Positions 38,322 through 48,318 of a stretch of 64,000 bases of DNA are shown here, piece after piece (position 1 is the first letter of the stretch; every line of letters begins with the position of its first letter). Below the pieces are notes generated by a model. It was not told the DNA's origin and did not search any database. It saw only the letters and a program-made list of their open reading frames with translations. Both the position numbers and the translations under genes were made by a program. The stretch covers positions 124,001 through 188,000 of the IMG/VR virus record IMGVR_UViG_3300036770_007539. One strand, written 5' to 3'.

Positions 38322-39134
38322 ATGTCACTTTCTGATGCGCTTGGAGATGTAAAAGATGCAAGAGGGGCAGTTAATGATTCTTTTGGATCTGCTGCAGGTT
38401 ATTTAAATGAAGGGCTAGAGTTTTTTAGCGGATCTGCAACTCCATCCACTTTAGGTTATGGAACCAGGCAATCTAAATTACAAAATAATCGTGCCGCTGT
38501 AAGTACTAGACAAATTATTCACTGGGCAGTTCCTGAGGGACCAGTAATTCAAATGTATGTTAATCCTCAGACTATTACTTATAATTATGGAAAAGATATT
38601 TCTCCTCAAAGAACTAGAGGCGGATATGTTGTTCAATATTTTGGTCCTAAGCTAACAACGCTAAGAATCGGTGGAACAACTGGAAGCTCTGGAATTGAAG
38701 GAATTAATGTTTTGTATGATTTATATCGTTATGAGCAATTAGCATTCGATCCTTATGCTCTATATCTGGCAGCAGAAGCCTATGAGAACATTCAAAGTGA
38801 ATTTAATCCTAGTCTTGCTAGTACTTTATTTGGAGATGCAGGAAGCGTTACTACTAACGTAAACCCGCCTTCTTTAGCCGACATGGCATTTAGAGTAGAA
38901 ATGTTTTACGCTGGAGAAGTTTATCGTGGGTTCTTTACAGAATTTACAGTAAATGAGAAGGCTGACAACATAGGTTTATTTGATTATGACATGAGCTTTA
39001 CCGTAACGCAGAAACGTGGATTCAGACAAAACTTTTTTGCCTGGCATCGCTCTGCAGTTGATGGTCCAAGCAATAGTAATCCCAGATATGGCGCTCCTTA
39101 TAGTTATAGTTCTCTAATAGAGGTTCCAAGGTAA
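38322..39134 (+). CDS. Putative tail tube initiator / baseplate hub-proximal protein
   Basis: MYVNPQTI.Y...K.....TRGG and YRGFFTEFTV.E....FDY.MSFTV tube-like pattern. Confidence 0.65.
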   Translation: MSLSDALGDVKDARGAVNDSFGSAAGYLNEGLEFFSGSATPSTLGYGTRQSKLQNNRAAVSTRQIIHWAVPEGPVIQMYVNPQTITYNYGKDISPQRTRGGYVVQYFGPKLTTLRIGGTTGSSGIEGINVLYDLYRYEQLAFDPYALYLAAEAYENIQSEFNPSLASTLFGDAGSVTTNVNPPSLADMAFRVEMFYAGEVYRGFFTEFTVNEKADNIGLFDYDMSFTVTQKRGFRQNFFAWHRSAVDGPSNSNPRYGAPYSYSSLIEVPR

Positions 39135-39135
39135 T

Positions 39136-42100
39136 ATGACTGATGTAGGTAAGGCAATATTAGGCGGCATTAATGCGGCATTTGGCACAGCTGAAAATGA
39201 ACCGCAAAATCCAGTAAACGTATACTCTTATGAGGATCTTGGTAAGTTTGAACAGAAAATTAGCAAGTCAGAAGAGCGCGTTTATTTACAAGGCGGATAT
39301 ACAAGAAAATTAAAACCAAGGGCGATGGAAATTTTATTCCAAGAACCCGACGTTACAATTGTTATTAAAAAAAGACAATTCTCTTCTTTGGCTGAAAATT
39401 ATAGGTTAGATAGACTAGATCAAAAAACAAGAACTTATATTAAAGCCGTTAAAAGACTTTTTTATAATAAGTGCAGAAGAATAGCGGCATATGAAAGATT
39501 GACCAAGCTAGAAAAAATATATTCAAAATCTGCTGGTCAATTTAATGATCTTTTATTTCCAGCTGTATTTTCTTTTATAGAATTTTTTAATGCAGCTGGA
39601 GGGTTAGGAGAGTCTAATACTTCTTCTTTCGCAAGCAGCATTAAAAATAATTTTTCTATTTTAGATACTTTAAAAAAGTTAAAAAATCTATCCGATCCTC
39701 AATTATTTACTACTTGGTCTAATCCGGCAGAAATTCCCTATTTAGCAGATGTTGGAGAAGGAACTGGTACTTTTGAGCTAACTTTAGCTACTTCTATTAA
39801 TACTACAGTTTCTACTCAGATGGGACAAGGAAGTTGCAGTATAACTTTTGAGAACCCATTAGAGTTAATGATTATTACTCAAGAAGATATTGAAGAGGCT
39901 ATTTCTGATGTTGTTGGATTTACCAATAATGGATTTTTTAATTTTATTAAAGGTCAATTAAATGACGTTATTAAGAATTTAATGCAACAATTAAATTCTA
40001 AAAGAATGGACCGTGGAGCATCTTCGATTATAATTAATACTAACCCTGATACTTTGCAATTTAAAAAAATTCGTGCATTTATTGACGGGGAGGGAAGAGA
40101 AATACTTTTTAATTATGATGCTGGTCTTATGGGTATAGGGGGGTCTATTAGCTTAGATCAGTCTGCAAGAGAGGGATTTAATGGCTTAACTTCTGATGAA
40201 GAAAAATTATTTTCAGATATAATTACAAATTATTATTCATTATTAGATAATGAAAAATTAACAAGAAATCAAATTATAAATTTTAATCAAGAAAATGATT
40301 ATGTTAGAAAAAAAATGAGATTAGAATTTGAAGACCGCTGCATTATACAGCAACAAGATGTTGTTCATGTATTTGTTAGTTCTAAATCATCTTTAGATCC
40401 TGCAGTGTCTTCTGGCTTTAATTTTTCTTACAGTAAAGATAATTTTTTCAACCAAATTGATAAACAATTAAATAATATTGAAAATTTATTTAACGATTTA
40501 AGTTATACCTTTGCTGGCAAAGGATCAAACTTTATTGAATATGAAAGAAATGCCATTGTAGGACCTGATTTTCCATTGTGGTTATGGATGACTATGAGAA
40601 ATGATTTTACTCGTCAAGCTGCGGGAACTCATGTTTTTGCAGGGATTGCCGATGACATCAGGCAAGAATATTCTAGCGGTCAACATAAAGTTACTCTTAC
40701 ATGTAAAGACTTTACTGATTATTTGCAAAAAGGTCAAATTAATATTAAGCCATCTTCTGATGTAATTGACTCTTCTATTTATGATCCTTTAACTCCTTTT
40801 AAAACAGAATATGACCCGGCAAATGGAATTCTTCAAGGGTTAACTCCGCAATTATTAGATGAGAATGTTGCGTTATTAAATACTGGCTTTGTTAGATACA
40901 AAGCTGGAAGAAATAAAGGATCTACCGCCTCTACTTCTAATTATGAAATTCAAGACATAGAAATTGTAACTCCCGAGTCCCCATTTGCAAAAAAACGAAT
41001 TCAATTTTTTGATCCTGATGGTTTTGTTTATAGATGGAAAGAAGGAATTGGTACTTTAATATTATCAGGCGCCCCTCACAGTTATGGAACTGGTTCTTTA
41101 AGAAAAGAAACTTCTAGTATGATCACGACCAATGTATTTTCTGGACAAGATGTTATGAATACATTGTCTTTATTAATTACTGGTCAGCCATATAATTTTT
41201 CAAGCTTTTTAAAATCAGCAGCTAAATCTGGGTTTATTACAACTGATAAAAGAATTAGTTATTCTTCTTCTGAAAATTTCTTAAAAGGATTAATTACGGA
41301 TATTAATAAAACAAATTCTATTTGGGGAAATTTTGTTCCTTTTAAACGTTTGGGTCTTACAGACGCAGCTTACCGAAAGATTTTGCAAGGAGAATTTGAT
41401 GCTAGCGTTAATAATCAATATATTAATGATCTGTTGGCTGAAAAAGCCAGATTACTTGATGAACTAGCTTCTCTTGTTCCGGGTGCAAATATTGGATTAA
41501 AATCATTTAAAGTCGGCGCGAGTAATTCGCCAGCGCCATCTGCTACAGATCTTCCTATTGGAGAAGGATTGAGGGTTTTTGGCACTTCAATTTTTGAACT
41601 AGATCAGAAAATAAATTCTTTTCAAGAAAAATTTTTAGAATCTGTTTCTACTAAAAATATTAGCGGCATAGGCGGAATTAAAATTTATGGTGATGACATA
41701 TCGGTTGAAACAGTTGATATGTCATCTGCTTCAGATGAAAAGAAGCTTAAGGCTAAAGAACAATTTAATAAAAAGTTATTGTATTTAACTCAGCGTAGGC
41801 TTTGGAAGGTTAAAGCCAACGATGATCAAAACTATTTTATAGTAGATGATTCTTATGATAAGAATTATGATATTCAAGCATTTGAAGATTCGCTAACGGA
41901 TTTAGGAGGTCCATTTCAAAGCACTTATACGTCTATCTTTGATCAAGTTAAACAAGCGGGCGATTTGTTAGGCTTAGAAATTTTTGCAGATTCTCAAGGT
42001 CATATTAACGCAAGACCCCCCGCTTACAATAGAATTCCAAGCTCGGTTTTATTTAATCTTGTTAAAATAAAAGATCAGAAAGGTATTAAGTTATTTCCTG

Positions 42101-44109
42101 ATTATTTAGAGAGTTTATTTTTTAATCAAGTTAAAGGATTGACTGAGAAAATAGAAATTCTTGAAGACCGAATCAGGCTGAGGGCTTATTTGCTCGGTGG
42201 TCAAAATGATTATGACATAGGTAATTTATTAGGTGGGAGCAAAGAAGTTACTGGAAATGCTTTGGCTAGATTTTCTTTTGTAACAGATCCGGTTACTGGA
42301 AAATTAGAAGTAGAAGGCTTTCAATCATTATTACTTCAAAGTGACCCTGACTTCACTGAAGAGGCTAATAGAACTCCCCTAATATCTTTTAATACCAAAT
42401 TAACAAAAGCCATTAATACTAATGTACAATTCGATATTGTCAAAAGAGCAAGCTTGCTTACTACTAGAGCAAAAGCCGTAAATTCAGACAAAATTAAAGA
42501 AGTTCAAAATAGATTAAAAGCTAAATACTATGAAGATGAAATTGTTAAAGATGTTTCAAACTATAGATCTGAAAGGGGCAATTTATCACAAGTTAAGATG
42601 CTAGAACTATTTTCTCAAATAGTCCCATTAATATCTGAAAGACAAGCAGCGATTAAGACGCTAGCAAACTCTGTGAAAAATTTAGAAGAAGGAACTAGCA
42701 TTAATCAAGAATTTGATGCATCTACTCCTATTTTTAGTACTTTAAATTCTAAAATTAATAATGGTAAAATACCTGAAATACTTCTTCATATGGTAGAAGA
42801 TGAAGATGTAGATGATTTAGGACCAGGGTCTGGTGCTAGATATATTATCAAAGATTCTCAAATTATAAGTTTTTCAATTTCTGAAAATGCCCCTCCTTTT
42901 ACGATAGTTGAAGTAACAGGATCTCCTAGTAATAATTTAGTGAATGCGCCTTCTGGAATAGAGGTTGGTAGAAGCGGAAACATTATGAATACCGCTTGCG
43001 TTGCAGATTATGATATGTGGAGGTTATACGGATTTAAAGGCACTCATCCAGTGTCTATTCCCATCCTATCAGATGCTACAACTCAATGCGCTCCATACGG
43101 TGTATTTTTATTAAATCAAGCTAGAAAAAATATTTTCACCGTTAATATTACTATGGTGGGAAATGAATATATTCAAGCAGGAGAAGTATATTATCTAGAA
43201 AGTAGAGATTTATTATTTTATGCAGAATCAGTCTCTCATGCATTTGATTTTTCTGGTAGTTTTCAAACTACTATAAAAGGAACTTATACTAGAAAGCCAG
43301 GAGAATTTATTCCAACAATGCTGGATATAATTGGAAAAGGACTTTACACCAGAAGAAATCAAGCCGATATTATTAAAAATATTAGAAATGTTACTTTGGA
43401 AGATCAAAGTCCGCTAGGAGCACTTAAGGCAGAGGAAGAATCTTTTACATCGGAAGATGCCGAAGGATCTTCTGAAAAGAATTCATTTTCTGAAATGAAT
43501 AGACAAACTATTTCATCTATTTTGTTTTCAGTTTCTGGACTATTAAACCCATCAAGTTATGGAAAAAATGTAAAAGTTGAGTTAAGAGTATATCATGATT
43601 CATCACCAGATTCCGACTTAACAAAATACGCCGGAACAATTAAAGAATTTTTAATTAATCCAGAAAAATTTACTACATCTACATCGACATCTACGACTGT
43701 ACCCGACGACCAAATAACTAACTCTTTAAGCGATAAAGATATTGAAATTGTTCCTATTAAACTTGGCACTGCAGATGGAACAGAGTTAAGAACACCTTCT
43801 TCTGAAGCTTGGGATTTAGCTAGAAGATTAATAGAATATCCATCTGGATCCAATATAACTCCCGACCTTATTTCTAATGGATTGAAAAATAATTTATTTA
43901 AGTATGTTATAGATGTTTGGGCTGTATTCTCTGATAATACAGAGACTGGATTAGAAACTAGTAACGGTAATAATGAAAAGACGGATGAAAATTCTCAAAA
44001 ACTAGAAAACTTCCTTAAAAGCCTAGCAGGTGAAGTTCTTCAAGCAGAAGAAACTAAGAAAAAAGTTAATGAAACAATTAAAACAGTTTCTAATGCAACT
44101 AAAAAATAA
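39136..44109 (+). CDS. Putative baseplate hub protein (large)
   Basis: 1657 aa; GSCSITFENP, VF.G, LEIFADSQGHI..RPP.YN, ITMVGN..IQAG..Y...YAESVSH.F hub-like patterns. Confidence 0.62.
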   Translation: MTDVGKAILGGINAAFGTAENEPQNPVNVYSYEDLGKFEQKISKSEERVYLQGGYTRKLKPRAMEILFQEPDVTIVIKKRQFSSLAENYRLDRLDQKTRTYIKAVKRLFYNKCRRIAAYERLTKLEKIYSKSAGQFNDLLFPAVFSFIEFFNAAGGLGESNTSSFASSIKNNFSILDTLKKLKNLSDPQLFTTWSNPAEIPYLADVGEGTGTFELTLATSINTTVSTQMGQGSCSITFENPLELMIITQEDIEEAISDVVGFTNNGFFNFIKGQLNDVIKNLMQQLNSKRMDRGASSIIINTNPDTLQFKKIRAFIDGEGREILFNYDAGLMGIGGSISLDQSAREGFNGLTSDEEKLFSDIITNYYSLLDNEKLTRNQIINFNQENDYVRKKMRLEFEDRCIIQQQDVVHVFVSSKSSLDPAVSSGFNFSYSKDNFFNQIDKQLNNIENLFNDLSYTFAGKGSNFIEYERNAIVGPDFPLWLWMTMRNDFTRQAAGTHVFAGIADDIRQEYSSGQHKVTLTCKDFTDYLQKGQINIKPSSDVIDSSIYDPLTPFKTEYDPANGILQGLTPQLLDENVALLNTGFVRYKAGRNKGSTASTSNYEIQDIEIVTPESPFAKKRIQFFDPDGFVYRWKEGIGTLILSGAPHSYGTGSLRKETSSMITTNVFSGQDVMNTLSLLITGQPYNFSSFLKSAAKSGFITTDKRISYSSSENFLKGLITDINKTNSIWGNFVPFKRLGLTDAAYRKILQGEFDASVNNQYINDLLAEKARLLDELASLVPGANIGLKSFKVGASNSPAPSATDLPIGEGLRVFGTSIFELDQKINSFQEKFLESVSTKNISGIGGIKIYGDDISVETVDMSSASDEKKLKAKEQFNKKLLYLTQRRLWKVKANDDQNYFIVDDSYDKNYDIQAFEDSLTDLGGPFQSTYTSIFDQVKQAGDLLGLEIFADSQGHINARPPAYNRIPSSVLFNLVKIKDQKGIKLFPDYLESLFFNQVKGLTEKIEILEDRIRLRAYLLGGQNDYDIGNLLGGSKEVTGNALARFSFVTDPVTGKLEVEGFQSLLLQSDPDFTEEANRTPLISFNTKLTKAINTNVQFDIVKRASLLTTRAKAVNSDKIKEVQNRLKAKYYEDEIVKDVSNYRSERGNLSQVKMLELFSQIVPLISERQAAIKTLANSVKNLEEGTSINQEFDASTPIFSTLNSKINNGKIPEILLHMVEDEDVDDLGPGSGARYIIKDSQIISFSISENAPPFTIVEVTGSPSNNLVNAPSGIEVGRSGNIMNTACVADYDMWRLYGFKGTHPVSIPILSDATTQCAPYGVFLLNQARKNIFTVNITMVGNEYIQAGEVYYLESRDLLFYAESVSHAFDFSGSFQTTIKGTYTRKPGEFIPTMLDIIGKGLYTRRNQADIIKNIRNVTLEDQSPLGALKAEEESFTSEDAEGSSEKNSFSEMNRQTISSILFSVSGLLNPSSYGKNVKVELRVYHDSSPDSDLTKYAGTIKEFLINPEKFTTSTSTSTTVPDDQITNSLSDKDIEIVPIKLGTADGTELRTPSSEAWDLARRLIEYPSGSNITPDLISNGLKNNLFKYVIDVWAVFSDNTETGLETSNGNNEKTDENSQKLENFLKSLAGEVLQAEETKKKVNETIKTVSNATKK

Positions 44110-44123
44110 TTATAAAGATTAAT

Positions 44124-46151
44124 ATGGATGCAATTTATACTGGTATTGAGCCTGGATTATTTTTTACAGGAACAGTTCAATCGGTTAATGTCGAGCGTGG
44201 CACCATGGATGTTGCATTTAACATTACAGGCGCTGGAGCCTCTAGACAATATGTAACTGTATCGATTCCAAATTCTTGGATTGGAACTAGAGGTCAATTT
44301 GCTGGTGGATATCCATCCATTGGTCAAGAAGTAAAAATTGTCCAAGGACATACTGGTAAAAACTGGCACTGCCTAGGTTATGAGCCTGATAGAAGAGGTT
44401 TACCGCCAAGTGTTAAAGGCAATTTAGAGCCAGATAGATATTTAATTAAAACTAATGGTTCTCATAGAATTTATATAGATCCAGATGAGATTAGTTTAGG
44501 AAATGCATTAAACGGTATTAATATTTCTTCCGGAATTATTAGTTCTAATTTTAATCAAGATTTATCATTTAATAATTCTGCCAGAAATATCTCCGGAGAG
44601 ATAAAGAGATATACAAGCGCAAAAACTATTAGCGATGTAGGTAATTCTACCCTGAGTGGAATTGCTTATGAAAAAGCTTTAAAAACTATAGGCATGGATC
44701 CTGAAATCGAAGTTCAAAATATGAACTCAGAAAAGACTGCAAGGAACCCAGCCCTAGCAGAAACCAGAAATGTTTATTATGAGTTTTCTGATAAATATAA
44801 TTTTGGCAACTATCAGACCGAACATGATGATTATATTAAAGGGACAACAACTGCTCTCTTCGATTTAAATTTAAACTCTAAGCCCAAAAATAGAGCCATT
44901 GCCTTATCATTGACTTTAGAGCACCCTAATCATTTAGTGGAGACAATAGTTGGCACGGCAGTTGATTCATTCGGAAATGTTTTAGATCTTAATAGATCTC
45001 CGCTTCCAATTGGGCAAATAGAAGAATTGTCTTTATTAAAGAATCAAGACAAAGACAAGGCTTATAAAGGAATCTTAAAACAATTAAGAAAGAGCATCGC
45101 ATATCATTTTGAAATTAACTCTAGAAAAGATTTAAAGGGTGAGCTTAATGTTCCAGACCCTGAAGATAAAGAAGACTACGCCAGGAACAGATCTAAATTT
45201 TTTATTGATGTTGATAAAGAAGGTCAATTTAAAATTAATGTTCCAGCGTCTTCTGAAACTGGAAACATTCCTTTATTAACTAGATATGAAAATTATTCCG
45301 TAATAAAATCTAAAACATCTAAAGAAAATGAAAAAATCTTACCAACAACATTGGTAACACCCGCCGATAATGTTGATATTTATTTAGAAGATTTTTCAAC
45401 CAAGTCTTTAATAAAGTTAACTTCTAGCGTTAAAGAATTAGATGGATACGCCTCTCCAATAGATCGTTTTACTGATTCGCCAATTTCTTATGGTACAACT
45501 CATCACAACATACTAAGAACTTGTCATGAGTTTTTAAAAGATTCTGACTATTCTTTTAGCGGTAAAAAATTAATAAATTTTGATCCCAACAATAGATTAA
45601 ATGATGAGCTTGTTTGGAGTCCCTTAGATTATATTGTATCTGGTAATATTTTAGTTTCTGGCGATGATGCTAATGCTGGTGGGCGAAGCGGAATGGTCAA
45701 TTTAGATGGATTCATTTCAGTTAATATCGGCGCTAATACTATTGATCGCCAATCAATTTGGTTAGATACAGCGGGCGGGATTGTTCAAACAGTAGGAAGG
45801 GATAAAAATAATATCAGTCATGCAGCACACTTTGATGGGGATGTGCTTTGGCAGATAGGCGGATCTGGAATTGGAAATATTTATGATTCTAGATTTTCTA
45901 ATCAAAATGATGGATTTAGAAATGGGACTCTAGACATCAGAGTACTGATAAATGGGCAAATTGCTATATTTAGAATTGGACCTGATGGTATTTATATTGT
46001 TTCTCCTGGAACAATTAATTTAGTTAGTCAGCAAGATGTTATTATTAAATCCAATTCTAATATTTTAATGGAAGCTCCAAATATTGTCATGTACGCAGAA
46101 ACTACAAAAAGAATAGTAGATAGACTTCCAGCAAATAGAACTATTACCTAA
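44124..46151 (+). CDS. Putative baseplate central spike protein (gp5/gpV-like)
   Basis: N-terminal OB-fold-like G.V..VN.E...P.IG..V; C-terminal beta repeats (GTINLVSQQDVIIKS). Confidence 0.58.
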   Translation: MDAIYTGIEPGLFFTGTVQSVNVERGTMDVAFNITGAGASRQYVTVSIPNSWIGTRGQFAGGYPSIGQEVKIVQGHTGKNWHCLGYEPDRRGLPPSVKGNLEPDRYLIKTNGSHRIYIDPDEISLGNALNGINISSGIISSNFNQDLSFNNSARNISGEIKRYTSAKTISDVGNSTLSGIAYEKALKTIGMDPEIEVQNMNSEKTARNPALAETRNVYYEFSDKYNFGNYQTEHDDYIKGTTTALFDLNLNSKPKNRAIALSLTLEHPNHLVETIVGTAVDSFGNVLDLNRSPLPIGQIEELSLLKNQDKDKAYKGILKQLRKSIAYHFEINSRKDLKGELNVPDPEDKEDYARNRSKFFIDVDKEGQFKINVPASSETGNIPLLTRYENYSVIKSKTSKENEKILPTTLVTPADNVDIYLEDFSTKSLIKLTSSVKELDGYASPIDRFTDSPISYGTTHHNILRTCHEFLKDSDYSFSGKKLINFDPNNRLNDELVWSPLDYIVSGNILVSGDDANAGGRSGMVNLDGFISVNIGANTIDRQSIWLDTAGGIVQTVGRDKNNISHAAHFDGDVLWQIGGSGIGNIYDSRFSNQNDGFRNGTLDIRVLINGQIAIFRIGPDGIYIVSPGTINLVSQQDVIIKSNSNILMEAPNIVMYAETTKRIVDRLPANRTIT

Positions 46152-46173
46152 TATCCTGATATAGATTAACAAA

Positions 46174-48315
46174 ATGCCTTGCAGTCCTAATGATAATCAA
46201 ATTAATGTAGATATACCGCCGCCAATTCCGGTTCCGGGATTTGGTATACCTTTTTCTCCTATTCAAATACCTTTACCAAGCTTTGAACTTCCAACTGACT
46301 TTATTGCGGATGCTTTGGCATTAATTCAGCAATTAGGGGCGCTATTTCCTAGCGGACTATTTAGCCCTATTCCTGATATTAATATGAAAGATGTTTTTGA
46401 TTTTCTTTCTAACGTCCTAAGTATGATTGCCCCATACTTAAGTTTGTATAATTTTTTTCTTGCAATATTAAAATTGCTTAAGTGCATAATAGATGTTTTA
46501 TGTGCAATTCCAAATCCATTTGCAGTTGCAAGCAAGCTAATTGTTTTATTCACTCAGTGCTTACCTCCATTTTTAAATTTATTTCCAATTTTTGCACTCA
46601 TTGCAATGATAATTGCTTTATTATTATTGATTTTAGCTTTAATTCAATACATTATTGACACTATACTAGCAATTATTATTGAAATCTTGCAAAATCTTTT
46701 GGTATTTGAAAACGCCTTGGTTTTACAAGATTCCCAATCTATCTTGGCAGTTGCTCAAAAAATAGCCAGCGTTTTGTGTTTCTTACAAAATATCTTTGCA
46801 GTTTTAGTTGCATTGGCAGCCATCATTAATATAATTAAAGCCTTGGCTTCTTTTGGTGGAGTTACTTTCTGCGAAAGCGAAGAAGAAGACGGATGTTGCC
46901 CATTAGTATTGTGCCCTCCGTTTATTAAAAATACTCCAGATGGAATTTCTACTACTCAAGGAAGACTAATTTATATTAGTCAAATTGGCGTTGATTCTTT
47001 GACTTTATTGGGAATTCCAGAAACCGATCCTAATTATGAAACTATGAAGGAATTGTTTTATTTCCCACCTATTCGCCAAGAGCGATGGCAAGTATATGAT
47101 AAGAATCCATCTACTATATATAAAATTAAAGATATTATTACCCCTATTATTCCAGTACTAGGAGACGATTTCTGGGCAGAAGAAGTATCTATGACAAAGG
47201 ATACTTCTTCAAAGAAGTCGCAATATACCGTGGATATGAAGGTTAAAGTTAATCCTGCAAATTTCCAAAATCCAGCTACCGATTTTAAAGGTGAAAGATT
47301 CTTCAACATTAAAGATTGCATTGTGGTTGAAAAGCCATATTTTGGAGTGTATGCATATTATTCTACTTCTGAAGAACTGAGAGATCCGACCCAAGGTATT
47401 TTTGGCACATTAAGCATTGCTGGTGGCAAAGTTTTTGAAATTTTACCAGATGGTTCTGAAACAGAATATTTGGTTAATGGAGAGCAAGCATCACTAAATA
47501 ATTTCATGTCTAAACGAGGACCTGACGGCAAATTTATTCAAGGCACTGAAATTCCCGGATCTGATGACTCTGTTGTTTTTGATGATATTGAATTTACTTG
47601 GAAGCCTAACGCTGCTGCTCTAGCAGGTTACAACGTAACTACTTTTGGATGCATTCCTCAAGTAGCAGTAGAAAGAGATGTTTTAAATGCAGTAATTATT
47701 GCAGAAGGATTGCAGCCCGTAGAGACCAAGTTGCCGCCTTTGCCAGATGTGGAAGCTACTTATCGCTGTTGTATAAATGCTTTAGAGGAGTTTAGAAAAG
47801 ATATTTCAAATAATGGAGCTGCTATTTTTCAAGCAGCAGCGGTGGATTGCATGAATAAACTTAAAGATGATGTAATTACAACCATTATAGCTGCAATTAA
47901 AGCTGGTACGAGTGCTTTTAAGACTGAATACGCCCTGGATACCGATCTCCAGTTTACTGGCAGGAGTATTAAAGTTAATGTATCTTTGAAAGATCCGGCT
48001 GGAACATTGTTGACAACTCGATTGCCAGCTTCTTGCTCTGATGCAATTGCACCCGAGATAAAAGCTGAAGTTACCCTTGGAGAAATAACTTCATTTGCAT
48101 ATGATGGCTATTCTACTTTCGTGGCAGATTTGTCATCAGATATTCCTGGAGATGGTCAAATTACAGTATTATTTGGCGATAAGGTGATTTCAAAATACAT
48201 TCCATCTGCAAATGGAAGTCCATCTATAATTCAAGAAGATGTTAAAACTTATACATTCGTCGCAGATCTACCAGGCGCCGTCCCAGTACGTCGTGACGAA
48301 ACTGACGTGGAGTGA
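46174..48315 (+). CDS. Hypothetical tail-tip protein with a long hydrophobic helical region
   Basis: 713 aa; Pro-rich start; FPIFALIAMIIALLLLILALIQYII segment; many Cys. Confidence 0.55.
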   Translation: MPCSPNDNQINVDIPPPIPVPGFGIPFSPIQIPLPSFELPTDFIADALALIQQLGALFPSGLFSPIPDINMKDVFDFLSNVLSMIAPYLSLYNFFLAILKLLKCIIDVLCAIPNPFAVASKLIVLFTQCLPPFLNLFPIFALIAMIIALLLLILALIQYIIDTILAIIIEILQNLLVFENALVLQDSQSILAVAQKIASVLCFLQNIFAVLVALAAIINIIKALASFGGVTFCESEEEDGCCPLVLCPPFIKNTPDGISTTQGRLIYISQIGVDSLTLLGIPETDPNYETMKELFYFPPIRQERWQVYDKNPSTIYKIKDIITPIIPVLGDDFWAEEVSMTKDTSSKKSQYTVDMKVKVNPANFQNPATDFKGERFFNIKDCIVVEKPYFGVYAYYSTSEELRDPTQGIFGTLSIAGGKVFEILPDGSETEYLVNGEQASLNNFMSKRGPDGKFIQGTEIPGSDDSVVFDDIEFTWKPNAAALAGYNVTTFGCIPQVAVERDVLNAVIIAEGLQPVETKLPPLPDVEATYRCCINALEEFRKDISNNGAAIFQAAAVDCMNKLKDDVITTIIAAIKAGTSAFKTEYALDTDLQFTGRSIKVNVSLKDPAGTLLTTRLPASCSDAIAPEIKAEVTLGEITSFAYDGYSTFVADLSSDIPGDGQITVLFGDKVISKYIPSANGSPSIIQEDVKTYTFVADLPGAVPVRRDETDVE

Positions 48316-48318
48316 TAA

